Positions 18,425-28,504 of a DNA stretch of 64,000 nucleotides are shown here, piece by piece. Position 1 is the stretch's first letter, and each line of letters begins with the position of its first letter. Source of the stretch: a virus; the IMG/VR virus record IMGVR_UViG_3300025853_000068, positions 2,882 to 66,881 of that record. One strand, written 5' to 3'. A model generated the notes under the pieces. That model ran no database searches, was not told the DNA's origin, and saw only the letters and a list, made by a program, of their open reading frames with translations. The translations under genes and the position numbers were made by a program.

Positions 18425-19561
18425 TTATTTTCTACCTCGTTTGATTTTAACTTTAAAGTCTGAAGTAGACTCTCCACTTAATACTCTATATGTAGCGCCT
18501 CCAACTTTAACTTCTCTGTTAGTTTGTCTTGGATCCATATTAATGTTCTTAGACTTTTCAACAGAAGTTTTTAAAGCGTCAGCTTTACCTTGTTCGTAAA
18601 AGTGTTGAGCTATAGCGTCTGCGTTCATAGCGGTATATAAACCTTTATGATAACCTGCGGCGTCTTCCATTGATCCCTCTTTATTCAAAAACTTTTTGAT
18701 AAAGTTACCAATATCGCTTTGAGTTTCTTTAACACTATCAACGTTTTTAACATTAAACCTAAACTTCTTTTCTCCTAAGTTATATTCAAAACCTTTGAAT
18801 TTATCAGAGAAAAGACTAGATGTCTTTTTGTTAAACACGTTCTGGTTGCGCTCTTGCGTTTGCTTTGCGCTTTCAGACTCTTTGTTATATCTGTTGAAGA
18901 AATCAATTGCTTTCTGTTGCTCTGTAGTGAGCTTCGATCCAGCTTTGATCTCTTCGTAATATTTAGACTTTTGCCTGTCTAAGTAGGCTTTAGCCTCGGC
19001 AACTTGCTCTTTGAGGGCTATTTTCTTTCTTCTAATATCTTTTTCATCATCAACCTCTTCATCATAGCTAAAGGTTTCGTCCATTAAGAACTTTCTTTCT
19101 TCAACATCTAAATGAGGTTTTGTAATTTTGTAGTACTCTTCTAGCGCTGTTAAATTATCCATTTGACTGTAGTCTTGGTTTAATCTAACATAATCTTCAA
19201 CAGTACCACCTGTTTCGTTTATAAACTCAACTAGCTTTTCAACGTTTTCAGGGAGCTCTACAGTTGGCTTTTCTTCTGCCACCATTTCTTCTGTAGTCTC
19301 CTCGTTTTCTTCTTGAGGCTCTTCTTCTGTAACCTCTTCTAATACTGGAGTTTCTTGTGCTTCACTTTCCGCCTGTACTTCTTCTTGTTGCGGTGCGGCG
19401 TCGGTAGCTTCATCGCTTCCAACCACTCCTGTGTCGTCAGTTGTACCTTCTTCAGCATTGTCCTTTTTGTTTAAGTCCACCTTGTGAACTGTTTCTTCTG
19501 GTTTCTTTTTCAAGCTTACCTTAGTTACGTTTTCTTCTTGTACTTCTTTTGTTTCTTCCAT
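18425..19561 (-). CDS. Capsid scaffolding protein
   Basis: Very acidic N-terminus and coiled-coil; between portal and MCP. Confidence 0.7.
   Translation of the reverse strand: MEETKEVQEENVTKVSLKKKPEETVHKVDLNKKDNAEEGTTDDTGVVGSDEATDAAPQQEEVQAESEAQETPVLEEVTEEEPQEENEETTEEMVAEEKPTVELPENVEKLVEFINETGGTVEDYVRLNQDYSQMDNLTALEEYYKITKPHLDVEERKFLMDETFSYDEEVDDEKDIRRKKIALKEQVAEAKAYLDRQKSKYYEEIKAGSKLTTEQQKAIDFFNRYNKESESAKQTQERNQNVFNKKTSSLFSDKFKGFEYNLGEKKFRFNVKNVDSVKETQSDIGNFIKKFLNKEGSMEDAAGYHKGLYTAMNADAIAQHFYEQGKADALKTSVEKSKNINMDPRQTNREVKVGGATYRVLSGESTSDFKVKIKRGRK
19339..19458 (-). CDS. Overprinted 39-aa basic peptide (ArfA-like) within scaffold gene
   Basis: +1 frame ATG..TAG: MLKKVQLTTQEWLEAMKLPTPHRNKKKYRRKVKHKKLQY; A-rich leader; host gene shows atypical G/C-ending codons here. 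Confidence 0.5.
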   Translation of the reverse strand: MLKKVQLTTQEWLEAMKLPTPHRNKKKYRRKVKHKKLQY

Positions 19562-19578
19562 AATATAAAATATAATAA

Positions 19579-21930
19579 TTAAAACTGATTCATGTTCAAG
19601 CCAGTACTTAATTCATCATTACCTGCTGACTCAAACTTTTTACTCGCCGCCACTTGCCTCTTGTCTTCTATTTGATTTTTAGACTCAGCTTCTAGCGCTC
19701 TTAACTTCATGTTGTATTGATACTCTGCTTCCATTAATTCTTTTTTAATGTCAGCTTCTTGCCTTAAGTTGTTTGATTTAAAACCTGCTTTAGCCTCTTC
19801 TAACTGTATTTGACTTTGAGTTATAGCTTGTTGTTTTTGCATTTCAGCCTGCGCTTGCGCTTGAGCTGTTTGCTGTTGAGCTTGTTGTTGCGCTTGTATG
19901 TTCTGCTGTTGCATTGCTTGCTCTTGCTCCATCTTCTTTTTTTCTTTTATTTTAAGAAGTTCGTTTGCAAGTTTTACGTTTTTAGTAGCTCTAATATCAA
20001 TAGCATCAGATAATCTTATTATCTTTTGAGCTAAAGCCATTTGTATATTGTTTTCTAGCAATTGTCTTTCTTCTTCGTCTGGAGCTAGTTCTATAAATAT
20101 ACCAAAGTCATACAAATGTAAGTCAGCCATTTCTTCTAGCGTAGCCACGTTGTGTACACCTATTTGTTGTAAGAAAGCGTCTCTAGTTGGAGAGTATTCT
20201 ATTATGTCAGATATACGCAAAGATATTTGTTCTGCAACGTCGGCTGTTAAGAATAAACCTGCTTGAAGTATGTGTCTTGTCGCTGTGTTACTATTTGCAG
20301 CCGCTAGCTTTTGAACACCAACTAAAGCGTTTCTGTCTGGTGTACTACCATCTCTAGCTTCATTTAATCCGGTTACATCACGGATCATCTGCATGTAGTA
20401 GTTGTAGTTTGCTATAAGCGTTTGCATTTTAGCTCCAGCGCCTTTACCGTTTGATATTTCTTGTATAGGAACTTTACCTGGGTTTGGATCACCATCAGCA
20501 GTAAACGATCTACCAATTATACTACCAGTTTGGAAGAACATGTTTAGAGCTTCCTGTGGATTGTAATTTGTACCGTTACCTAAGTCTATTTCAGCTAAGC
20601 CATCAGCGTCTAAGTAAACACCATCAGGTACCATACGCGCCATAACTTGTTGCAGCTTCAAGTGTGTGAGCTGTATCATATCTGCAAAACCAGTGATACG
20701 GCTAACGATACTTTCTATTCTACCTTGATACATGCGCGGAGCTACAATACTATAGTTCATCTTGACTTTGCTCATATCGCTTTTTGGCCTAATCATATTT
20801 TCAGCCATCTCCCATTTTAAAAGTTTGTCAGAACCAATAATCATAGCTCCTTCATATAAAACTTCTATTTGTCTTGAAAGTTTAGCAAAGCCACCTTGCA
20901 TGTCTGTAGGTGGATTAAAAGTGTCGTCTTTTTCTATAGCTTTCTCTCCACCTGTTGAGGTTTCTTTTAGCTTGTAAACCTCGTTCATATAAGTTTTCCA
21001 GTTAAAGTATAATACTTCAACTTGATTTATATCTTGATCTCTTCTACCTTTATTGTATTCGTAGGTTCTACTGTTATTATATTGCTGTATATTTTCAAGA
21101 TCTTCTTGGCTTAAGTGTGGAAACTGTTTTACCAACTCGTTAATTGGAATTGTTTTAACTTCACCAACATAGTATATATCATCAAAATATGGAGACTCTG
21201 TGTAAGAGTGAACAATTCTATCTGGATCAACGTAGTCTATAGTTACTCCTTCTGAATTTGTAAAGTTTGTTTTCACAGCAGCCATACCTAAAACTGTTAG
21301 GTCATAGTAAAGCCTTTTCTTAGTAAGCTCGTAGTCGTTGCCTTGTAGTAACACGTTTATAGCTTGCTCTTCCGCTAGCTCAGTAGCTTGCTTATAGGTT
21401 AGCTGCATGTGTAACTCTAGCTCTTCTTCTGTTTCGGGTAAAGTTTCAGGATCGTTTTCTGCAAAGTCCATGTTTAACTGTTGCTTAGCTACAGCATCAA
21501 ACTCTTTCATTTTCATATCACGAAGAACGCTCTCCATGTATTCTGTTCTCTTTGCTACACCGTATGGATCTTGAGAAAATACTTTTATATCGTAGTTTCT
21601 TTCGGCCATACCGTTAACAACAATGTCTACAAACTTAGGTACAACTGGAACAGGCTTCCAGTCTAAGTTTAAGTAGCTTAAGTCACCATTTATAGATAGC
21701 TCGTTTTTATATTTTTGTACAGACTGTTCGCCTCTAGCATATAATCTTAAGTTGTGGAAGTTATTTTTATTACTATAGAACCTTCCGTTGCCACGTATGT
21801 TTCCATCTTCGTTTCTATCAAACCACTCGCTCTCTATAGCTTGTGCAACTTTTAGACCGTAGTCATAGCTTATTTTTTCTATATCAGGTACTACCTGACT
21901 TGGAAAATTGTTAGTGTTTCTGTAAGCCAT
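19579..21930 (-). CDS. Portal protein
   Basis: 783 aa after TerL; LSYLNLDWKPVPVVPKFVDIVVNG, IRDVTGLNEARDG; Gln-rich C-terminal coiled coil. Confidence 0.85.
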   Translation of the reverse strand: MAYRNTNNFPSQVVPDIEKISYDYGLKVAQAIESEWFDRNEDGNIRGNGRFYSNKNNFHNLRLYARGEQSVQKYKNELSINGDLSYLNLDWKPVPVVPKFVDIVVNGMAERNYDIKVFSQDPYGVAKRTEYMESVLRDMKMKEFDAVAKQQLNMDFAENDPETLPETEEELELHMQLTYKQATELAEEQAINVLLQGNDYELTKKRLYYDLTVLGMAAVKTNFTNSEGVTIDYVDPDRIVHSYTESPYFDDIYYVGEVKTIPINELVKQFPHLSQEDLENIQQYNNSRTYEYNKGRRDQDINQVEVLYFNWKTYMNEVYKLKETSTGGEKAIEKDDTFNPPTDMQGGFAKLSRQIEVLYEGAMIIGSDKLLKWEMAENMIRPKSDMSKVKMNYSIVAPRMYQGRIESIVSRITGFADMIQLTHLKLQQVMARMVPDGVYLDADGLAEIDLGNGTNYNPQEALNMFFQTGSIIGRSFTADGDPNPGKVPIQEISNGKGAGAKMQTLIANYNYYMQMIRDVTGLNEARDGSTPDRNALVGVQKLAAANSNTATRHILQAGLFLTADVAEQISLRISDIIEYSPTRDAFLQQIGVHNVATLEEMADLHLYDFGIFIELAPDEEERQLLENNIQMALAQKIIRLSDAIDIRATKNVKLANELLKIKEKKKMEQEQAMQQQNIQAQQQAQQQTAQAQAQAEMQKQQAITQSQIQLEEAKAGFKSNNLRQEADIKKELMEAEYQYNMKLRALEAESKNQIEDKRQVAASKKFESAGNDELSTGLNMNQF

Positions 21931-21932
21931 AT

Positions 21933-24152
21933 TTAATTTTTAATTATTTTAGAGTTTACACCATCGTTACTATATTTAGAAAACGAAAAGCCTAATGGTT
22001 TTCTTTTTCTTTCTTTTACTGGTCTATACAAGTGTCTATTACAAGCCATAACAGCTAGCCCAGAACTTATCGCGGCATCAAACTTAGTTCTTTTATTTAT
22101 ATCAAACTTAGCCCAGTCGTTTAATGTTTCGTTAAAATACATTGTTCCATAAGTGCCATCTTCCATTAACCCAACGTGATCGTTGATATACATTTCAATA
22201 GCAGCAGCATGAGCTTGTTTAATATCTTCACTAGAGTTCGGTATACCACCTATTTCTTTTTCAGTAATAGATAATTTATTCCAAACTTTATCTGGTCTGT
22301 TCATACTGAATCCTCTATATCCTCTACGCTTTAGATGATACAGTAATCTTGGTTTATTGTTTTCTGCTAGCAATGGCATGCCGTAGAACACTAACGCCAT
22401 TAGCACATCTTCAAAAAATATTTCAGCGGTTTGTGGTCTTGCTATGTATTCTAGAAAAAAAGTATTTGCTGGAGCTGACTCCATACTAAACTTAGTTAGT
22501 CCATGAAGAGATCCGTTGGATCCTCTACCGTCAACAGTGCCGCTAATATCATAGCTATCGCAGCCAAAAGCGCCCATGTGTTCGTTTGCAGGATACTTAA
22601 TTCCATTTTTAATTATAACATTATTCTGCAAGTTAAAATCCGGAACCCAACTAACTTTAAATCTACCGTTAGGATCTGGAGTAAAAACTACAGATGTATC
22701 TTTTATGCCGTTTACCCACTGAAAATTACCAGTGTTTAAAACTGCTGAGCTAGTTATACCTTCGTTGTAATCTATTTGCTCATATATTTTCACAAGATTA
22801 AAAAGACTATTTTTTGTCTCATCTCTAAACGCGTGCTCTTCAGTTCTTGGAAACTGTCTATAAAACTCGTTTAAAGCGTCTTGATCTCCTTTTAAACCTT
22901 CAACTTCATTTTCCCAATGCGATATAACACCTACGTCTATTAGTTCGCCATGTGGTCCTCGTACATCATGACTTGGGCTATTAAAAACAGGTTGTCCGTA
23001 TTCGTCAATAAATCCTTCAAAGTTCCATTCCATTGGGATAAACAAAGAATATAAACCAGACTTTGTTTGTCCATTACGGTTTCTGTTTTTAGCATTTGAG
23101 TCATTGTAGAGCTTTTTAAAATTATCACCACCTTTATCTAACGAGTTAGACGTTGATCCCATCATGCATTTACCAACTATACGAGCACCTAGCCTTAAAC
23201 AAGTTTTAGTTACTCGCCAGTTGTTTAGAATATTATCAGGCCTCTCCCACTTACCACTTTCATCGTGTACTAGTAGATTAAGCTTCTCTCCATCATAGCT
23301 GTTATCGCCTGTGTTTTTCCAATCAATAGTAGTGTCAAGTCCAACCAGCTCTTCCTGCTTTTCGTTTGCAGTAATTTTTTTACGCGTAAACTTACTTGCA
23401 GGAACCCTATAAGCAAGTTCACTTTTAGGCCTGTCCATACCGTCTTGTATCGGTTTAAAGAAAAACGGATAGTTGACAGATATTGGTACAACTTTATCGG
23501 TAAACATTTTTTTAGCATCAGCACCACTTTTTGATAGTATTCCATATCTAGCATCACTCGATATAGTAGCTAAGTTAACAGTCTCAGCTGAGCTCATGAA
23601 AGAAAAACCACTACGTCTATTTTTTAAGTAACACATGCCATAGCACCTGCTATCAGCTTTGCACGCTTCCCAAAATATAAAGAACAGCCTGTTGGCTTCT
23701 CTAAAATCTGGAGCTCCAACATCTATTTTACTCCATTGAAGATACATGTAGTGACTACCTGTTATATACGTAGACACTCCGTTATTGTTAAACCAAAAGC
23801 CTTCTTCACGATTTTTGAATTCATCATCAATAAAATCGTACCACTTTTCTTTTAATTCCTCAGGATAGTTTCTCCAGTCAAATATACTTTTTAACTTACC
23901 TAACTCTTTAGGGTACTCAAGCCTTTTCCACTTGTTTAGTTCATTGGAGTGCACTTGCACTGGTTCCAACGGCAAAGCAATTTGCAACCCTTGTATTTCA
24001 ATGATCTCGCCAATTCTACCAGTTTTTGATATGACAATGATATTGTTTTCTTTATTGTATCCATATTCCCATTTACGTTTTTTGTTAAGTCGACTTATAG
24101 TAGTCTTCTTAACTGGTTCAACAATTTTATATAAGCTTTGTTCGTAACTCAT
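21933..24152 (-). CDS. terL: Terminase large subunit
   Basis: Walker A-like KNRRSGFS, Walker B LLVHDESGK, nuclease domain FGCDSYD...KFDAAISSG. Confidence 0.9.
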   Translation of the reverse strand: MSYEQSLYKIVEPVKKTTISRLNKKRKWEYGYNKENNIIVISKTGRIGEIIEIQGLQIALPLEPVQVHSNELNKWKRLEYPKELGKLKSIFDWRNYPEELKEKWYDFIDDEFKNREEGFWFNNNGVSTYITGSHYMYLQWSKIDVGAPDFREANRLFFIFWEACKADSRCYGMCYLKNRRSGFSFMSSAETVNLATISSDARYGILSKSGADAKKMFTDKVVPISVNYPFFFKPIQDGMDRPKSELAYRVPASKFTRKKITANEKQEELVGLDTTIDWKNTGDNSYDGEKLNLLVHDESGKWERPDNILNNWRVTKTCLRLGARIVGKCMMGSTSNSLDKGGDNFKKLYNDSNAKNRNRNGQTKSGLYSLFIPMEWNFEGFIDEYGQPVFNSPSHDVRGPHGELIDVGVISHWENEVEGLKGDQDALNEFYRQFPRTEEHAFRDETKNSLFNLVKIYEQIDYNEGITSSAVLNTGNFQWVNGIKDTSVVFTPDPNGRFKVSWVPDFNLQNNVIIKNGIKYPANEHMGAFGCDSYDISGTVDGRGSNGSLHGLTKFSMESAPANTFFLEYIARPQTAEIFFEDVLMALVFYGMPLLAENNKPRLLYHLKRRGYRGFSMNRPDKVWNKLSITEKEIGGIPNSSEDIKQAHAAAIEMYINDHVGLMEDGTYGTMYFNETLNDWAKFDINKRTKFDAAISSGLAVMACNRHLYRPVKERKRKPLGFSFSKYSNDGVNSKIIKN

Positions 24153-24427
24153 TTCGATCTGCCTTCCGCGAAGCCTTTAAATACTCGTTCTTTCTTTTCT
24201 TCTTGTGTCTTTCCTTCCAGAATATTTTCTTCTTCTTGTATGCGGTTGAGGATTTCAAATGCATCAAATATAGCTAACTTCTTAGTAGCCGCGGCGTTCT
24301 TTAATCTATCAGCAGACACATCGTCTTCTGTGTTGGTTATAATCTGCTCTTGAGCAACCTTAATTAACTCATCAACAGCTTTACGCCCAGCTAGGATTAT
24401 ACGTTTCTTCGTTTCCTTTATGCTCAT
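24149..24427 (-). CDS. Putative terminase small subunit
   Basis: Helical 92 aa ORF overlapping TerL start. Confidence 0.55.
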   Translation of the reverse strand: MSIKETKKRIILAGRKAVDELIKVAQEQIITNTEDDVSADRLKNAAATKKLAIFDAFEILNRIQEEENILEGKTQEEKKERVFKGFAEGRSK

Positions 24428-24950
24428 ATTTAATTGTAATAAATTTATTTAACACCCTGTAAAGTCTTTTTCCTTCTATTATAAACTCGTATTGAGAAAA
24501 AGGAGTGTAGCCTACAACTTCACCTATTTTGTAAGTGCCGTCACTATATACTATCACACCTTTTGAAGGATCTTCTTTTTCGTTGCTGTAGCTGTCTGTG
24601 TTAGAAAGTGGTTGAACAAAAGAATAACCAGGCATTGGTTTATCTTTGCATAAAAATACTTGATCTGGAGATACTATGTACTTGTTGTCTTTGAAGTATG
24701 ATCTACTGTTTCTTTCTTCTCCTTTAACGTCGTGCCATCTTCTGAATACGTTGTGGTGTACGATGATTTCGTCACCTGGTAATATATCGTAATCCCCAAC
24801 AATAGGGCAAGAGATAACACGAGCTCTACGATTAACAAACTCATGATTGTATATTTCTGTGTTTATTATTAGGCTCTTACCCTCTACGTCTTTGACGTTA
24901 TTGTATCTTTCGCCAACGGGCTCAACTACAAAACAGTATGGGCTTTTCAT
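24381..24950 (-). CDS. Divergent GroES-like protein (two tandem GroES-type domains)
   Basis: FVVEP...ARVISCP...ILPGDEIIVHH and FVQP...KGVIVY...IGEVVGY...FIIEGKRLYRV both resemble cpn10 pattern. Confidence 0.5.
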   Translation of the reverse strand: MKSPYCFVVEPVGERYNNVKDVEGKSLIINTEIYNHEFVNRRARVISCPIVGDYDILPGDEIIVHHNVFRRWHDVKGEERNSRSYFKDNKYIVSPDQVFLCKDKPMPGYSFVQPLSNTDSYSNEKEDPSKGVIVYSDGTYKIGEVVGYTPFSQYEFIIEGKRLYRVLNKFITIKYEHKGNEETYNPSWA

Positions 24951-25198
24951 TAATACTCAAGATTATATTCAACAGATATAGCCATATTCTTATTAAAGTC
25001 TTTCCACGGCAAAACACTTTTACCTTTTCTAATGTATATAGAATACTTTTCTTCTTCTTCAAGAATATCACAAATGATATGCCCTCCGTAGACCTCTTGG
25101 CCTACAGAGTAATGCATAGCATCTATTTTATAATCCTTACCTATCGTTATCTTTCTTATCAGCTTCGTTGTTATCATCATTATATTTAATTGTGCCAT
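24950..25198 (-). CDS. Conserved hypothetical phage protein
   Basis: KLIRKITIGKDYKIDAMHYSVGQEVYGGH; coupled to neighbours; true start may be slightly downstream. Confidence 0.65.
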   Translation of the reverse strand: MAQLNIMMITTKLIRKITIGKDYKIDAMHYSVGQEVYGGHIICDILEEEEKYSIYIRKGKSVLPWKDFNKNMAISVEYNLEY

Positions 25199-25442
25199 CG
25201 GCTATATTAATATCATTAGTGCCGTACTGCTCTTTGAACTCCGCTTGAAGTTCTTGAACAACTTGTTGCATTTGTATAATAGCGTGAAGAGCTTCGTGTT
25301 TGCGAACCTCTATCACACCTATATCCATTTGAGCTTTGTTGATTGCAGTAACTACCTCTCTCATTTTAGAGAGTTGTTCATCTGTTACTTTTTCTGCACG
25401 AGCTTTTAGCTCCACAGTTTTTGGAGTTTTTCTTTTTGCCAT
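25137..25442 (-). CDS. Hypothetical coiled-coil protein
   Basis: 101 aa, heptad-like pattern, AT-rich leader. Confidence 0.65.
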   Translation of the reverse strand: MAKRKTPKTVELKARAEKVTDEQLSKMREVVTAINKAQMDIGVIEVRKHEALHAIIQMQQVVQELQAEFKEQYGTNDINIADGTIKYNDDNNEADKKDNDR

Positions 25443-25470
25443 AATTTAATTTAATTTAAGTTAATTTTGT

Positions 25471-26244
25471 TTATTTTTCAAAGTGTAATAACACTCTAAC
25501 CGGGTGTATGTTGTAAATTGTATCTCCGTTAGCTACAGTCGTAGCATCACCAGCTCCTGAAGTTGCAGTGGTTAGATTTATTGGCCCTGTCGCCGCGTCG
25601 TCAATAGACGCTACAGTTCCAAGAAGAACATCGTCTTGCGCGTGTAGAATATCACCAGCTATAAAATGCTCTCTAACATCCATACTGCTGCCCGCCATTA
25701 CTATAGCTGTAGGTGTTGTACTGTTTATATCCGCGTCATTAATTACGTTTATAGATTGGAAATCTAAACTACCGTTAGAAAAGCCTGCTATATAAAAAGT
25801 GTCTTCTGAAGCAGATCTATGAACTGCGTTTTCTTGACTAAAAATTATTGGAGTAAAACTGCCTGATCCGCTAGCTCCACTGCTTTGCGCCACTACTGTT
25901 CCTTTACCAGTAGCTGGACCAAAGTTTCCACTAGCAAACTCCATTACGCCCATGTAGTCGTTTCTAGGAGTGTTTTCAAGAACACTTTGAACTGCACCTA
26001 AAGAACTTGGCGCTCCAGTTGAAGATCCTTTGCTAAACAAAACGCCTAAGGCAACATTGTTTGCTGTTGGAGTAGCATCTCCTTTTGGCCTTACTAAAAT
26101 GCTAGCGCCAATCAACTTAGCGCCACCGCTAGGAATTTTAAACTCTGTCCAATCAAAGACTATCGTTCCTGAGCCAAAGCCACCAGCGTGTTGTTTTGAT
26201 GCTGCTATCGTAGGTTTTATTTCTCTTGTAAAATAAGCTGTCAT
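25471..26244 (-). CDS. Hypothetical structural protein
   Basis: 257 aa, Gly/Ser/Ala/Thr-rich beta-type composition. Confidence 0.6.
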   Translation of the reverse strand: MTAYFTREIKPTIAASKQHAGGFGSGTIVFDWTEFKIPSGGAKLIGASILVRPKGDATPTANNVALGVLFSKGSSTGAPSSLGAVQSVLENTPRNDYMGVMEFASGNFGPATGKGTVVAQSSGASGSGSFTPIIFSQENAVHRSASEDTFYIAGFSNGSLDFQSINVINDADINSTTPTAIVMAGSSMDVREHFIAGDILHAQDDVLLGTVASIDDAATGPINLTTATSGAGDATTVANGDTIYNIHPVRVLLHFEK

Positions 26245-26245
26245 T

Positions 26246-26668
26246 TTATTTTTCTTTTATTTGTTCGTTTTTCTTTGAGCTTCCACCGAAGAAGAAGTCT
26301 ATTATTGTATTTACTTTAGCACTCATAGCGCCAAATATCGTCGATATAAAGCTTATTTCAAATTCACCTAAGTCTATTGACTTTGTAACAAAATAATTAA
26401 ACATTACAAATGTAATACCAAAATATGCTACTGTAAATAGTGTTGCTAGAACCTTTTGAATAATAGCATCGTCTTTATACATATCTCTTGCAGACTTGCG
26501 ATCTTCGACTTCTTTCGCAAACGCCTCACGCTCTGCATCAAGAAGTAACTTTTTAAGAGCAAGCTTAGCTTCGTCGCGTTCTTTGTCTGTAGTAACAACT
26601 TTGTCAAGTATGCCTTCTGCATTGTCTACTATTTTACCGAATAAACCTCCTATTAAGTTGTTTATCAT
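26246..26668 (-). CDS. Putative holin (3TM/GTA holin-like)
   Basis: GILDKVVTTDKER amphipathic N-terminus, SARDM motif, two hydrophobic segments ending FFFGGS and basic tail. Confidence 0.65.
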   Translation of the reverse strand: MINNLIGGLFGKIVDNAEGILDKVVTTDKERDEAKLALKKLLLDAEREAFAKEVEDRKSARDMYKDDAIIQKVLATLFTVAYFGITFVMFNYFVTKSIDLGEFEISFISTIFGAMSAKVNTIIDFFFGGSSKKNEQIKEK

Positions 26669-26997
26669 TATCCTAATAGTTTTTTATTTATCTTTTTTGA
26701 TTTCTTATAGTCAGGATCTTTTCGCTTGTTTTTTTCTTCATCAATAAAATCGCTAAAAGTAGGTGCAGTAGAATTAGTACCGTCAGCAGCTATTAACGTA
26801 GGTTCGTCTACGTCTATTTGCTTAGGCCTAGCACTTGTAATGGTTTTAGGTTTAGCTGGACCTTTACCAGTAGCGATGTTATCATTCATTTCTTCAACCT
26901 CAGCGTCGTTAACCTGTCCTTTGTGATAACCACCGTGATTTTTCTTTAATGCCGGAGCAACTGTGTTGTTTTCCGGTCTGTTCATTTTATATGGCAT
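26668..26997 (-). CDS. Small late protein with MxYKM leader
   Basis: MPYKMNRP...APALKK. Confidence 0.6.
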   Translation of the reverse strand: MPYKMNRPENNTVAPALKKNHGGYHKGQVNDAEVEEMNDNIATGKGPAKPKTITSARPKQIDVDEPTLIAADGTNSTAPTFSDFIDEEKNKRKDPDYKKSKKINKKLLG

Positions 26998-27000
26998 AAC

Positions 27001-27369
27001 TTAATCTTTAAATTCCCACGGCAACTCTATATCGCCTTCAGGGTACATTTCACCTTCGTATTCTATATAACCATCTTTTCTAGGGTATGCACCGCCATCC
27101 CAGTAAACATAATTATCGTCGTAATCTACTCTACCGAGCTTCATGTGAACCATGTGTTTCATCTCGTGTTGTAGAACTCTGTTGTATTGCTCACTGTCTT
27201 TTTCAATATTGTCATTAATGTATATGACTCCTTCTTTGTGAGCTTCACCCATAATACCTTCTGGTAGCTCGGTAAACTCTACTCTGATACCACCTACAAC
27301 ATTGGATTTTCCACCTATGTTTAACTTGTTATCAGTATTACCTCGTTTGCTACCTAGTTTAAAAGCCAT
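27001..27369 (-). CDS. Zincin-like (HExxH) metallopeptidase
   Basis: GVIYIN...VLQHEMKHMVH...LPWE. Confidence 0.7.
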   Translation of the reverse strand: MAFKLGSKRGNTDNKLNIGGKSNVVGGIRVEFTELPEGIMGEAHKEGVIYINDNIEKDSEQYNRVLQHEMKHMVHMKLGRVDYDDNYVYWDGGAYPRKDGYIEYEGEMYPEGDIELPWEFKD

Positions 27370-27809
27370 TATCTTGTTGGGTCTTTTATCATATCGTCAA
27401 TAGCTTTATTATAAACTTTATCTGTATATGACTTATTATTGTAGAACACGCTTCGATCTGATACTGGCAAGTCTTCTTCTCCGAGTAAGATCCTGTATAT
27501 TCTACTTATTAGCTGGCTGCATTTAAAAGAAGTTTTAAAAACGCTGTACTTAATCGTAGTTCGATTTCGATGACGCCACACCTCTATCCAGCCTAGCTTT
27601 CTTAGTTTGTCCCACCGGGTTTTATCCCAGCTCATGGTATAAGTACCATCTATAAATTCTTGTCTTGTAAAACGCTTCTTACAGTCTAAATATATTAAGA
27701 GCTCTAAGTCTGCGTCTGTTAACCCGTAAGTCTTACAGGCCCACTTCCTTGTGAGCCTGTAGTACTTAAGGATTTGTAATTCACGTAAATCGTGAGATGT
27801 TAATCGCAT
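27369..27809 (-). CDS. Putative winged-helix DNA-binding protein
   Basis: GLTDADLELLIYLD...WDKLRKLGWIEV, MarR-like pattern. Confidence 0.5.
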   Translation of the reverse strand: MRLTSHDLRELQILKYYRLTRKWACKTYGLTDADLELLIYLDCKKRFTRQEFIDGTYTMSWDKTRWDKLRKLGWIEVWRHRNRTTIKYSVFKTSFKCSQLISRIYRILLGEEDLPVSDRSVFYNNKSYTDKVYNKAIDDMIKDPTR

Positions 27810-27812
27810 TTA

Positions 27813-28172
27813 TTACGAAGCATCAACTATTGCAATCGAAGCGCAAGCTGTAATACCTGAATCAATAAATACACCGTTTTCACTGTCAGCTACAACAATC
27901 ATAGGAGCGTTAATAGCATTAGCGCTAGCAATAGCTCCAGTAATAGCTTCAATAACTTCTTTGTGCTTACCAGAAGTAATAGTAAGTACAGCGTGAGCTG
28001 CATCTATACCTGAGTCAGCGTCATTTTCTTGACTAGACTCAAAATAAACTCTTAATTGAGTTGCTGTTGCCATCTCAAGGTGAGATAATTGATCAGCAGG
28101 AAAACACACTACTTCTTCAGTAGCAGCGTCAGAGTCAGCTGCTGCAGAAGCAAAATACAAAAATTTTTTCAT
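27813..28172 (-). CDS. Hypothetical (probably structural) protein
   Basis: 119 aa Ala-rich ORF with AT-rich leader. Confidence 0.6.
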   Translation of the reverse strand: MKKFLYFASAAADSDAATEEVVCFPADQLSHLEMATATQLRVYFESSQENDADSGIDAAHAVLTITSGKHKEVIEAITGAIASANAINAPMIVVADSENGVFIDSGITACASIAIVDAS

Positions 28173-28246
28173 TTTTAAAATTTTTAATGATTAATAATTA
28201 ATTGATTGTGATTTTAAGTTTAAGGACTATGGTTTATAGTTTATGT

Positions 28247-28504
28247 TTAATCTACTAATACAATATCACTTGACTTTATAACAAAATAAAACTTACCGTC
28301 ATATTCTATTACATGGCCAGCGTGTCTATCATACCACACCACATCCTCTTGTTTAATTACTTCTACTAGATTACCTATAGAAATAACTCTACCTTTGAAG
28401 TATCTGATCTCTTCGTCTCTAACTTCATCAAGTATAAGCCCACCTTTTGTTACAGGCTTTTCTTTTATACGATCTACTACTACGTAATGATTAACTGCTT
28501 TCAT
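28247..28504 (-). CDS. groS: Co-chaperonin GroES
   Basis: TKGGLIL mobile loop, GRVISIG, YDRHAGHVIEYDG...DIV; adjacent to GroEL. Confidence 0.9.
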   Translation of the reverse strand: MKAVNHYVVVDRIKEKPVTKGGLILDEVRDEEIRYFKGRVISIGNLVEVIKQEDVVWYDRHAGHVIEYDGKFYFVIKSSDIVLVD

